Below, one piece after another: positions 9,673 to 18,565 of a stretch of DNA of 64,000 nt (the first letter of the stretch is position 1; each line of letters opens with the position of its first letter). The translations under genes and the position numbers were made by a program. Source of the stretch: a virus. Taxonomy: Duplodnaviria; Caudoviricetes. The notes under the pieces were generated by a model. That model was given only the letters and a program-made list of their open reading frames with translations. It ran no database searches and had not been told where the DNA came from. Location of the stretch: the IMG/VR virus record IMGVR_UViG_3300002026_000006, positions 1 through 64,000 of that record; one strand, given 5' to 3'.

Positions 9673-10447
9673 GTCTTAAACCATCGCTTACAATTTTATT
9701 TGGAGTTTTTAGGGAAATCTCTGAAAACTCTTTTTTAGATCGTACATTTTTTATAGTGATAGTTTTAAAAAATAATAATGCATCATCGACAGTAGTAAAT
9801 CCAAAATAAGTCAATGATCTGGATATAAACTTTTCTCTTTTGTTCCTTTCGACCTTTTCTATGATTTTTTCCGGGTGTCTATACTTAGAATTTTTCTTCG
9901 CAATAGATATTAATAATCTTTGTTCGTCATTTAATTTTCTTCCTTTATCTTTACGAACTTTCTTTTTCATCCCGCGAAAATGGTGATTTCCTGGTGATCT
10001 ATTCTGTTTAATTTTTAATATAGTTCCTTCTGAAAGTTTAACACCTGTTCTTCTATTAATTGTTGTAATCCTAGCCTTTTCTCGTGCCTCTTCTGTAAAT
10101 TGACCTGATATCCCATTTTCAGAAACCATGTTAGCCCAATCACGAGATTCTATAATGTTTTGTTGTTCTGAAAATTTTAAAGCAAATTCGTTTAAAATAA
10201 AAATGTCTGTGAATAAACAATACCAAAGAGTTTCTATATTTTCTTTACCATATTTTTTATAATTTCTTGTCCAATATTTTCCAGAGCCAAGATACTTCTC
10301 AACATCTTGTTGTACGGTTTTTCCAAAATAAAGAAGTCCTGTAACTTTACATCTTTTGATATAAAGAAAAGTTGGTTGGAAATTCTGGATTTGGTTTTCA
10401 GTTGGTGCTGCTAAAGCGTACTGAGCATAAATATTGAAGCTGGTCAT
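9638..10447 (-). CDS. GIY-YIG (Seg-like) homing endonuclease with NUMOD3-like motifs (cassette copy 1)
   Basis: FLYIKRCKVTGLLYFGKT...YLGSGKYW; AAGGAG RBS. Confidence 0.85.
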   Translation of the reverse strand: MTSFNIYAQYALAAPTENQIQNFQPTFLYIKRCKVTGLLYFGKTVQQDVEKYLGSGKYWTRNYKKYGKENIETLWYCLFTDIFILNEFALKFSEQQNIIESRDWANMVSENGISGQFTEEAREKARITTINRRTGVKLSEGTILKIKQNRSPGNHHFRGMKKKVRKDKGRKLNDEQRLLISIAKKNSKYRHPEKIIEKVERNKREKFISRSLTYFGFTTVDDALLFFKTITIKNVRSKKEFSEISLKTPNKIVSDGLRLRNLYFWISEL

Positions 10448-10518
10448 AAAGACTCCTTAAACTGGGTTGACTAGAGTAGGTGGATGCTGATTACATCGTG
10501 ACCTACACATATATTTAG
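10427..10518. ncRNA. nuclease-associated structured cassette, copy 1 (convergent late promoters around a two-hairpin RNA)
   Basis: ATAAATA 10427-33; CTGGTCA/TGACTAG; GTAGGT-G-GATG-loop-CATC-GTG-ACCTAC; minus-strand TAAATA 10512-17. Confidence 0.65.
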
Positions 10519-10538
10519 TGTTTTTAAATTTTAGCGTG

Positions 10539-10563
10539 AATGGGCTTAATTGCCCATTTTTTG
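10539..10563 (+). terminator. intrinsic terminator
   Basis: AATGGGC-TTAATT-GCCCATT followed by T tract. Confidence 0.65.
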
Positions 10564-10631
10564 TTTGTGATAAATATAATATGTCAGAAGTTTTTTGACG
10601 GTCACAATTTTAAATAGATGGAGAAAAGTTA

Positions 10632-12506
10632 ATGAGCGATTACAGTTTTAGTCAATACCTAAAAGAAAATAAAAACAAAGACCATTTTGAATTTATTTTG
10701 GAAACATATGAGCCATATGAATCATTCCAATTAAACGAAAATATGACTAACTTTGATGTTGGTGCTAAACAACAAAGTATCGGTAATATGAAAAAGGCTA
10801 TTGAAAAAGGAGTAGATGAACATTATTCAAAATCTCCAGAAGAAAGAAAAAAGGCAGTAGAAGAAGCAAAAGCGCACTTCAAAAATACTGATCTGCGCAC
10901 AGATGAAGAGAGAAAGTATGGCGAAGATTATAAGAAAAAGCGTGAAGAGCATAATTCTAAGCCAGAAAATAAAAAGAACCAATTGTCCAAGAGTATATTT
11001 GAAGAACCATTAATACATAACGGCGAACCAATTACTAGCACAAAGAAACACAAAATGTCCGATGCAGAAAATGCAGGAGATTATGTAATTCCTCGCGGCC
11101 CACATAAGGGAATGGGCGCTAATGTTGGTGGTATGAGATTAACCCCTGGGACAGCAAATCTAGGTCATGGCAAAGTTCTAAAAACTTGTCCTGCAGCCAC
11201 TAGAGGTTGTGAAGGTTCTTCTGGTGAACGTCAAGAATCTGGGGTATTCAAAGATGGTTTGTGTTTGGCTGCAAATAAGGGCATGGACACTACCACAAAC
11301 TCTAAGCGTGATAAACTAGCCAGAACGAGAGCATATGCGTTGCCAGAGCACCAAAAGCACTCTACTACACTAATTGCAAACGGTATCGAGAAGATGCACA
11401 AAAAAGCAGAAAAAGAAAATGCGGTAGCACACATTCGTCAACGCGATGCCTCAGATATCGATGTTATTGGTGGCGTAGTAAAAAAACATTTTGGCAGTCA
11501 TCCAACTTACATGAATGGAGCTAAAGCTAAAGCCCCTGTCGTTCAGTATGGTTATTCTAAGCACGTTAGACACAATAATGAAGGAACTGCTATAGATGAC
11601 AACCGTGAATCTGCTTCTGATAATACCGATGACGATAAAAAACATGCACCAAAAGAATACATTTATCGCTCAGATCAAGGACCAGAATTTGGGCATGACG
11701 GTAAGCCAATTCATGGCAACCGCGAGAAAAAGAAAGCTACTATTGATCATTTGAACAGTGGCGAAAATGCCCATGCTTATCTAGTAGCTGCTAGAATTCG
11801 TGATGCTGTCACTAAAGGGTCAGATTCTGATACTCTGAAGGACGTTCATACGGTCAGATATCACAAATATGATGATAAAGGTGCATATGAGGGCCATGAA
11901 GATTATGATGCAGATCGTAACAGCGAGCATGGCGATTTACATATGTATGCACCGACAGCTAAACGCAATACAACTACTGCAGATGGTCGCAAAAAAGGTC
12001 GTGTTACTGTTACTGATATTTCAGGTGGAAGTAATGCGGATATTCATGGCAACGAAATGGTTCATCCATTACATGATGTTCAAAATGTACATGACCCAAA
12101 ACACCCACATCAACATGTAACAGACGATCCTGATCATCCAAGCAAGAAAATTCTTCATGTCGATCCACCTTGGATTCCTAGAAAAAAGGTAATTCCTATC
12201 CATCATGTGTCAGAGGCAATTTCTGCTCCAGCTAAATTTAATGCGCCTAAACGACCAAACCCAGTTGACCCAAAATCTGTATATGATCGTGTGGTGGCTA
12301 AACAAGCTAAACGCGAAGCAGCAAAGAAAGTCACTGAAGAATATTCGGAAAAGCATCCAAAAATTGATTTACACAATCGGCATTCAGGTGCTTATATTGC
12401 ATCAACAAATTGGTCGCCAACTGTTAAACATGCGGTCAACGCATATGAAACCAAAAATCCAGATATGAAGGGTCATGTTCGTGGGTATATCTCCGATAAA
12501 AAGTGA
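10632..12506 (+). CDS. large His/Lys-rich protein with GP88-like central domain; candidate capsid-internal protein
   Basis: TCPAATRGC...GLCLAANKG, HIRQRDASDI, VVQYGYSK; N-terminus MSDYSFSQYLKE; late promoter ATAAATA near 10569. Confidence 0.6.
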   Translation: MSDYSFSQYLKENKNKDHFEFILETYEPYESFQLNENMTNFDVGAKQQSIGNMKKAIEKGVDEHYSKSPEERKKAVEEAKAHFKNTDLRTDEERKYGEDYKKKREEHNSKPENKKNQLSKSIFEEPLIHNGEPITSTKKHKMSDAENAGDYVIPRGPHKGMGANVGGMRLTPGTANLGHGKVLKTCPAATRGCEGSSGERQESGVFKDGLCLAANKGMDTTTNSKRDKLARTRAYALPEHQKHSTTLIANGIEKMHKKAEKENAVAHIRQRDASDIDVIGGVVKKHFGSHPTYMNGAKAKAPVVQYGYSKHVRHNNEGTAIDDNRESASDNTDDDKKHAPKEYIYRSDQGPEFGHDGKPIHGNREKKKATIDHLNSGENAHAYLVAARIRDAVTKGSDSDTLKDVHTVRYHKYDDKGAYEGHEDYDADRNSEHGDLHMYAPTAKRNTTTADGRKKGRVTVTDISGGSNADIHGNEMVHPLHDVQNVHDPKHPHQHVTDDPDHPSKKILHVDPPWIPRKKVIPIHHVSEAISAPAKFNAPKRPNPVDPKSVYDRVVAKQAKREAAKKVTEEYSEKHPKIDLHNRHSGAYIASTNWSPTVKHAVNAYETKNPDMKGHVRGYISDKK

Positions 12507-12717
12507 TTCTAGATCGGTCCGTAGACACCATACAGACCGATTAAAAGCCTCTAGGAAAGGCTACTACGGCAACAGCACACAAACCGACAAACAAGCTAAC
12601 AAAGTGGCACAAACCCCTGCTTTATGCTCTTGTTGGTCATGTGGCAACCCTAGAAAGTTTTTCAGTGAGCTAACGATTCAAGAGAAAAGAATGTTTCAGG
12701 ATAAGTTGTTGGATTAA
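12481..12717 (+). CDS. conserved small Cys-motif protein
   Basis: RRHHTDRLK...CSCWSCGNPRK; GTG start with aaggg SD. Confidence 0.6.
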   Translation: MGISPIKSDSRSVRRHHTDRLKASRKGYYGNSTQTDKQANKVAQTPALCSCWSCGNPRKFFSELTIQEKRMFQDKLLD

Positions 12718-12743
12718 AACAACAAAATAAACTTTATTTTCAT

Positions 12744-12777
12744 AAAAGGCTAGGAATTTCGGTTTCTAGCCTTTTTT
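12744..12777 (+). terminator. intrinsic terminator
   Basis: AAAAGGCTAGGAA-tttcggt-TTCTAGCCTTTTTT. Confidence 0.8.
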
Positions 12778-12819
12778 CGTGGTACAATTCAGTCTTAGCA
12801 AACGAACTAGGAAATTCAA

Positions 12820-13090
12820 AATGGAAATTACAAAATCTTCTTACAAGTTTTACAGCGATGCTGCTCATGGTTGGTTAGCTGTCAAACGTGACGAATTGGT
12901 CAAACTGAATTTGGTCAACAAGATTTCTAATTATTCTTATCAACGTGGTTCAACAGTTTACGTGGAACAGCACGGTGACATGCATCTTTTTATTGAAACC
13001 AAGAAAGAACTTGGTCAGGTCGTTGTATTGACAGAAGGTAAATTTCAAAACCGTTCGCCAATCCGCAGTTACGATCATTATGTTGGTTGA
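12820..13090 (+). CDS. hypothetical protein (YSDAAHGWLAV family)
   Basis: follows promoter copy at 12780-12797; start near the MEITK ATG. Confidence 0.65.
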
Positions 13091-13214
13091 TGCAAAAAAG
13101 CAACAAAGAAAAATAAATTTTCAAAAAGTATTGTAAACCTCAAAAAACGTGTTACAATAGAGCCTTAGTAAGTAGTTAGTAGTTTTCAACAAAGCATTTA
13201 ACAGGAGTTTCCAA

Positions 13215-13703
13215 ATGCAAGTTTCTCAAGTCCTCTCTGGTGTCCGTGGTTCTTCTTTCGTTTCAATCAACACTAAGACCGTTCCGGTTCTCGCTGGTGG
13301 TAAGAAAAACCCAATGCAAGGTCGTGTGACTAAGGTGATGGAAGGTGCAAACGGTCAAGTTTTCACCAATACCAATGTGAATGGTTACGAAAACAAGGTT
13401 AATCGTCGCCTTACTGCTGAAGGTAAAGAAGCATTTCAATTGAGTCCTCGCGTGTGGGGTTCACGGATTGAAAATACTCCTTTCGTTGAGTACAAAAACA
13501 ATTTGTATCTCGAAATGATCATGTCCACTTCTGGTAAGATTTCTTACCTGTTGGATGGTAAGCCAATCGCTAAAGCTGATATCATTGGTCTGAAAGACAA
13601 AGCTGAAGGTGATCAGGGTGGTTTGGACGAAAAAGTCATTGTCCGTACCTTTGCCGAAGATTCGATCACACAGATCAAGATCAACGGGCAAGTGTTCAAC
13701 TGA
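13215..13703 (+). CDS. conserved phage hypothetical protein
   Basis: strong AGGAG RBS, promoter at 13131-13165, biased codon usage. Confidence 0.8.
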   Translation: MQVSQVLSGVRGSSFVSINTKTVPVLAGGKKNPMQGRVTKVMEGANGQVFTNTNVNGYENKVNRRLTAEGKEAFQLSPRVWGSRIENTPFVEYKNNLYLEMIMSTSGKISYLLDGKPIAKADIIGLKDKAEGDQGGLDEKVIVRTFAEDSITQIKINGQVFN

Positions 13704-13706
13704 AAC

Positions 13707-13759
13707 AATGTCCGTAATGTCAGTCCTTAACCTAGTTAGTGGCTGATATTACGGACATT
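13707..13759 (+). other. 19-bp RNA hairpin (candidate RNase III site)
   Basis: AATGTCCGTAATGTCAGTC / GGCTGATATTACGGACATT with two G-U pairs on the + strand. Confidence 0.6.
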
Positions 13760-13817
13760 AAGACTCAAAAGTATCGTTAACGACTCAAATACTGTACACT
13801 AAAAGGAAAATTTTATC

Positions 13818-14015
13818 ATGATGGCAGCACTCTATCCCTCGAAAAAAGACCTGAAAACAAATGTCGGCAAATCTCTGGTCTATCAAGAAACCTCGATGTT
13901 TGGTGAAGAATTCAAACGTGATGGTAAATTTTGCGTGGTCGGTCCTTCACCAACTAATCGCAAATGGTTTGCTGAAGTTACCATGAAAGACGGAAAGATT
14001 TCAAAAGTTAGTTAA
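13818..14015 (+). CDS. conserved small phage protein
   Basis: YPSKKDLK..VGK.L.YQETSMFGEEF...VVGPSP..RKWFA. Confidence 0.7.
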   Translation: MMAALYPSKKDLKTNVGKSLVYQETSMFGEEFKRDGKFCVVGPSPTNRKWFAEVTMKDGKISKVS

Positions 14016-14046
14016 GTTGTTGTTCTCCTGAGTCAAATCAGGGTTG

Positions 14047-14081
14047 CCCCTAAATAGTTAAAAGCTTTTAGGGGATTTTTC
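14047..14081 (+). promoter_or_regulatory. late promoter inside an RBS-sequestering hairpin
   Basis: CCCCTAAA-tagttaaaagct-TTTAGGGG; TAAATA at 14051; AGGGG RBS before ATG 14082. Confidence 0.7.
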
Positions 14082-14654
14082 ATGGGTGCATTTTTAGAAT
14101 ATCTTGAGGAACATGTTTTGTCGATTGGATTAAATCCAGATCACGAACAACACAGAGAAAAATATCGTGACCAGATTCATGATATGATCAAAAACTCTTA
14201 TGCATATGCGGGTGGATATGGTGGCATTGAATCTGGGTCAAAAGAAGAATCCGACTCAATTCACAAAGATATTACAAACAGCATTATCAAAGCAACAAAG
14301 CGTGGTGATAAAATTACTTCTGTAAATTTGTATAGAAAACAGCACGGTCTTAAATCTATTGCTTCTGCCACTCTTGGTAAAAATCATGGGGTAACACCAG
14401 AAGAAAAGACTGCAGCAGTTAAAGATTATATGAAAAATAAAGACGAAGATAATAAACAAAAACGTGCGTGGGGTGAGGTTTCTGGGATTCCATTATCATT
14501 GGCTAATAAATTAAATGTACCAAAAGTATCAAATGACAGAGCCGAAGAATTAACTGGCAAGAAAATTATTTCAAAAAATAAAGATGGAGTTTCCTATACA
14601 AGAATAATAGGAAACTCGGAGCATGAAAAAGTTATCGTTGGTCATCCTAAATAA
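14082..14654 (+). CDS. candidate capsid-internal (late) protein
   Basis: N-terminus MGAFLEYLEE resembles the T4 capsid-targeting sequence; late promoter. Confidence 0.6.
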   Translation: MGAFLEYLEEHVLSIGLNPDHEQHREKYRDQIHDMIKNSYAYAGGYGGIESGSKEESDSIHKDITNSIIKATKRGDKITSVNLYRKQHGLKSIASATLGKNHGVTPEEKTAAVKDYMKNKDEDNKQKRAWGEVSGIPLSLANKLNVPKVSNDRAEELTGKKIISKNKDGVSYTRIIGNSEHEKVIVGHPK

Positions 14655-15408
14655 AGACATCTTCCATTTTCCAGTCTGTTAAATTTTCAGCAGACTTTCT
14701 TTTATTTTTCTTTCTGTAATCTTTTAATACCCAAAAAGAAATTTTATATTTTTCTGATAGAATTTTAAGAGTATCATCTAGATTTCCATTGGAAAACCAT
14801 TCTAGACCATCTGGAGTTGTTATTTTTACAAGTTTTGCTTTACTATTATTTGACCCTTTGTGACTGCCGTTTCGTTTTCTAGACTCTAGCATTTTTTTCA
14901 TAATTTCAGACGATTGTGATGGATACATGACACCATATTTTTCCATACACGTTTCCGTAGCTTTTTTAGTATTTGTGTATCCAGAATCTCCATATCTGTC
15001 GAGTCTAGTTTGGCATATTTTTTCTTGATTGTTATAAGAATCACTACCATACCTATCAGTCTTAGTAATTTTTATTTTTTCTACGTGAGTTTTTGTAGGT
15101 AAAGTCTTTCCATTCATACCACCAACAACTATATTGTAAGTATCTTCTTTTATAATCCAATCATGATCGACAAATATACCTTCTATTTCATATAGACATT
15201 CCCGTGTAAACGCACAAAATAAAATTTCTTTTTTAAAGTTTTCTCTTCCGTATTTAATAAAAGCTTGCTTTATAGCATTACCTGATCCTATGTAAGAATC
15301 TTGTAAGTCATTGGTAGAGTGGGCACCACGATATTTCTTGCCGTTGATAAGATTTGTGGTTTCGTAGATGATATGAAATTTATATTCATAAATAGTTTTG
15401 CTGGTCAT
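14647..15408 (-). CDS. GIY-YIG homing endonuclease with KYG repeats (cassette copy 2)
   Basis: IIYETTNLINGKKYRGAH...YIGSG...KYGRENFKKEIL. Confidence 0.85.
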   Translation of the reverse strand: MTSKTIYEYKFHIIYETTNLINGKKYRGAHSTNDLQDSYIGSGNAIKQAFIKYGRENFKKEILFCAFTRECLYEIEGIFVDHDWIIKEDTYNIVVGGMNGKTLPTKTHVEKIKITKTDRYGSDSYNNQEKICQTRLDRYGDSGYTNTKKATETCMEKYGVMYPSQSSEIMKKMLESRKRNGSHKGSNNSKAKLVKITTPDGLEWFSNGNLDDTLKILSEKYKISFWVLKDYRKKNKRKSAENLTDWKMEDVFI

Positions 15409-15480
15409 ATAGACTCCTTAACTTGGGTTGACTAGAGATAGCAGGAATTCTCAGGTTCCGTGGCTATCAGTTATATTTAG
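15388..15480. ncRNA. nuclease-associated structured cassette, copy 2
   Basis: ATAAATA 15388-94; CTGGTCA/TGACTAG; GATAGC-A-GGAA-loop-TTCC-GTG-GCTATC; minus-strand TAAATA 15474-79. Confidence 0.65.
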
Positions 15481-15540
15481 TAAAATTTAATTTGTGGTAA
15501 AAAACACACAAAAGACACATATAAACAAAAAAGTGATACA

Positions 15541-16101
15541 ATGGAGTTCTCAGAAACTCTTAACAAATTAATCATGCGACATTCAAACACTTTTGTCTAC
15601 TTTCATGGATATGGGTCGTCCTCAAAGACAGATAAAGTAGACCGAATCAAAAAAATCTATCCGAACGATAAAGTATATGCTTTTGATGCAGACATTGATC
15701 CTGATATTGCGATCAAAGAAGTCGGGGATAAGATTTTTGAAAAATTGGTGGACGACCACTCAGAAGGTAAATTGATTTTCATTGGGACAAGCCTTGGTGC
15801 ATGGTTAGCCAATGAACTATCAAACGAGTATGAGTGTCTTGCTATTTTGATCAATCCATCTTACATGCCAAGAATAACTCTAGGAAATTATGGTGTTCCT
15901 GCAAACATTGTAAAAAAATATTCTCCCATGTTACTCACAGACCTGAATCGAAAAAGGTTTTATATTGATCCTCTTGATGACGTCATCAAGCACTCTCATT
16001 TACTTTCAATTTTGCCAGAAGAAAATGTTATTCTGACGCCAGGGGTTGGTCATAGGTTCACCGGTCCAGAATTTGAGTCGATGTTGAAAAATATTTTCTG
16101 A
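15541..16101 (+). CDS. alpha/beta hydrolase, YqiA/UPF0227-like esterase
   Basis: FHGYGSS, GTSLGAW nucleophile elbow, LINP, GHRF. Confidence 0.85.
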   Translation: MEFSETLNKLIMRHSNTFVYFHGYGSSSKTDKVDRIKKIYPNDKVYAFDADIDPDIAIKEVGDKIFEKLVDDHSEGKLIFIGTSLGAWLANELSNEYECLAILINPSYMPRITLGNYGVPANIVKKYSPMLLTDLNRKRFYIDPLDDVIKHSHLLSILPEENVILTPGVGHRFTGPEFESMLKNIF

Positions 16102-16189
16102 TTTTTGTTGTTTTTTTGCTACTTTAGCAGTTTTCCTCTGTTTTTGCTGTTACAATACATACATCGACAAAACAACTTGAAAGCACAAA

Positions 16190-16597
16190 ATGGCATACGT
16201 CTCAAAAGAAACCAAAGCAACCATAGTCTCACTGGTAAAGCCGGTTCTCAAGAAATATGGTATCAAAGCCACATTTTCTGTTCGCAATCGCATGTCTTTG
16301 GTCATGTCCATCAAATCTGGTAAGATCGATTTCATCGACAGCTTTGTTCGCACAGCAGGTAAACGGTATCCAGAAAACTTTGATGCGACTCGCGTCGTTA
16401 AAGATATAGATGTGAATCCTTACTGGTATCATGAGCATTTTGATGGTATCGCTCTTAAATTTCTCAAAGAAGTGTTTCCGTTGCTGAACACTGGAAATTT
16501 CAATCATTCAGATATTCAATCGGATTATTTTAGCGTAGGTTTTTATTTAGACGTAAAAATAGGTAAGTGGGACACTCCTTACGTTCTGGAAGCTTAA
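16190..16597 (+). CDS. conserved phage hypothetical protein
   Basis: MAYVSKE...KKYGIKATFSVR...DVNPYWY...DIQSDYFSVG; promoter TGtTACAAT 16148-56. Confidence 0.75.
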   Translation: MAYVSKETKATIVSLVKPVLKKYGIKATFSVRNRMSLVMSIKSGKIDFIDSFVRTAGKRYPENFDATRVVKDIDVNPYWYHEHFDGIALKFLKEVFPLLNTGNFNHSDIQSDYFSVGFYLDVKIGKWDTPYVLEA

Positions 16598-16599
16598 TA

Positions 16600-16881
16600 A
16601 TGGACTACGAACTTAAAAATTCGTTGCAATGGGGTATCATTAAGCCTATGTTGTATTCTGATTTCGCGGTTTACTATGATGAATCTGCGAAATTAAAAAT
16701 CGATCAACAAGTCGCTACCATGATCGAAAGATTTGACACCTACATTTCAGAAATTTCCAAAGCTGAAGTTATGGAACGCACCAGCCCAAAATATTTTCGT
16801 TTGACTGAACTGTTGCATAATTTCAACACCCAACTCCAAGATTGCAAAGAATTATTCTTAATTCGGATGATGACTCGCTGA
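16600..16881 (+). CDS. hypothetical protein
   Basis: ORF from the MDYELK ATG. Confidence 0.55.
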   Translation: MDYELKNSLQWGIIKPMLYSDFAVYYDESAKLKIDQQVATMIERFDTYISEISKAEVMERTSPKYFRLTELLHNFNTQLQDCKELFLIRMMTR

Positions 16882-16927
16882 ACCTGTTACAATAGAGACT
16901 TCTTACAAACACTCTCAGGATTAAATC

Positions 16928-17206
16928 ATGACCACATTTGTTCTTATCAATGCTTCTGGTAAACTTCTGCGCGAAAATTGTGCCACAAAATGGTATGATA
17001 CAGAGCGTGGTGCCAAGTCTGCTGCCACCAGAATTTTCAAGAAAACTGGTGTAGAGTGGAAAGCGATCACTAATGACGAATTTGAAATGAACCATAATCC
17101 TTTGGTTGAAGTCATTAGCCTCATGTCTGGAAAGCCAGTTATGATTCGTTCTAGCGAAGTTGGTTCTTGTGTGGACCCGTCACGCGGGTCATATTGGTGC
17201 CAATAG
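16928..17206 (+). CDS. hypothetical protein
   Basis: follows promoter at 16885-16902; AGGA RBS. Confidence 0.7.
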   Translation: MTTFVLINASGKLLRENCATKWYDTERGAKSAATRIFKKTGVEWKAITNDEFEMNHNPLVEVISLMSGKPVMIRSSEVGSCVDPSRGSYWCQ

Positions 17207-17254
17207 GATTCGTGGTATAATTCTTTTCTTATCAATTTTATTTAAATTTTCATC

Positions 17255-18358
17255 ATGGCTACAATTTCTCAAACTCGCACCGTTACCTCTCAACAACTGA
17301 AAAAAGCACTTCGCGTTGCTATTAAAATCAAGCGTCCAGCTATGATTCTCGGAGCGCCTGGAATTGGTAAGTCCGATGTTGTTCAGCAACTTTGTGACGA
17401 AATGGGTGGTAAGCTGTATGACGTTCGCCTCGGACTTTGTGACATTTCCGACATAAAAGGACTCCCATATCTCGATAAAGACTCAAAAACAATGATGTTT
17501 GCTCCGCCTGTTGATCTTCCAACAGCAGAAGATGCTGCAAAATATCCAGTTGTTTTCTTGTTTCTTGATGAACTGAATTCTGCTCCACCAAGCGTCCAAG
17601 GTGCCGCATATTCGCTTATTCTTAATCGTCGGGTTGGTCAATATATGCTGCCTGACAATGTTGTAATTGTTGCTGCTGGTAATCGTGACAATGATCGTGG
17701 TGTTACTTACAAAACACCAAAACCACTTTCAAACCGTTTGCTCAATTTTGAAATGCGTGTCGATTTTGACTCGTGGTACGAATATGCACTTGAGAAGAAG
17801 TTGAATTCTAGTGTTGTCGGTTTCTTGGATTTCTCAAAATCCAGCCTCAATGATTTTGACCCAATGAGTCCAGAGCGATCATTTGCTACACCACGTTCAT
17901 GGGAGTTTGTTTCTCAAATTCTCAGCGATGATTCAATTGATACTGAAACTGTCATGGAATTGGTAGCATCAAGCGTCGGTTCTGGTATGGCATTGAAATT
18001 CATGTCACACCGCAAGATGGCATCCAAGTTGCCAGCACCAGAAGATATTTTGTCTGGTAAAATCACTGAGTTGACTACCAAAGAAATTTCAGTCACATAC
18101 ACTCTTATTGCAGAACTGAATTATGTTCTGAAAGATAGGTGGGCAAAGCTTGGTGGTACTAAAAATGAAGACAAGTGGCATGAAGCAGCCGATTTTGCTC
18201 TTGGCTTCGCTATGAAAAACTTCTCGACTGAGATTCAAGTTCTGTTTTTGCGCAACGCAATGCAAAAATTTAATCTGCCGTTTACTCCTAAGAAATTGAC
18301 AAATTTCAAAGAGTATTATGAAAAGGTTGGTAAGCTGATTATCAAATCTGTTTCTTAA
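17255..18358 (+). CDS. MoxR-like AAA+ ATPase
   Basis: Walker A GAPGIGKS, Walker B LFLDELN, AAGNR, RSFATPRSW. Confidence 0.9.
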   Translation: MATISQTRTVTSQQLKKALRVAIKIKRPAMILGAPGIGKSDVVQQLCDEMGGKLYDVRLGLCDISDIKGLPYLDKDSKTMMFAPPVDLPTAEDAAKYPVVFLFLDELNSAPPSVQGAAYSLILNRRVGQYMLPDNVVIVAAGNRDNDRGVTYKTPKPLSNRLLNFEMRVDFDSWYEYALEKKLNSSVVGFLDFSKSSLNDFDPMSPERSFATPRSWEFVSQILSDDSIDTETVMELVASSVGSGMALKFMSHRKMASKLPAPEDILSGKITELTTKEISVTYTLIAELNYVLKDRWAKLGGTKNEDKWHEAADFALGFAMKNFSTEIQVLFLRNAMQKFNLPFTPKKLTNFKEYYEKVGKLIIKSVS

Positions 18359-18366
18359 AAGAGACA

Positions 18367-18558
18367 ATGCCACCAAAACCTAGAACAACATCGAGTCTTC
18401 TACACGAAAGCATGGTAGAATCTCAGATGTGGTCAAATATTAGAAGAAAAGCAGTTTCTGATCAGGCGTTGAAAGATATGCTTGATCAGGTTAAGATGTA
18501 TTACCTTCTTAAATATGATCGTGGTGACTACGCTAAATTAAGAGAGCAAAATGACTGA
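18367..18558 (+). CDS. small hypothetical protein
   Basis: MWSNIRRKA...ALKDMLDQVKMYYLL. Confidence 0.6.
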   Translation: MPPKPRTTSSLLHESMVESQMWSNIRRKAVSDQALKDMLDQVKMYYLLKYDRGDYAKLREQND

Positions 18559-18565
18559 ATCTACT

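Noticed and set aside
12475-12510. Frameshift fusion of the 624-aa ORF to the next Cys-motif ORF at AAA-AAG-TGA
   Set aside because: The downstream ORF is in the +1 frame, not -1, and has a plausible GTG start (12481) with an aaggg SD.
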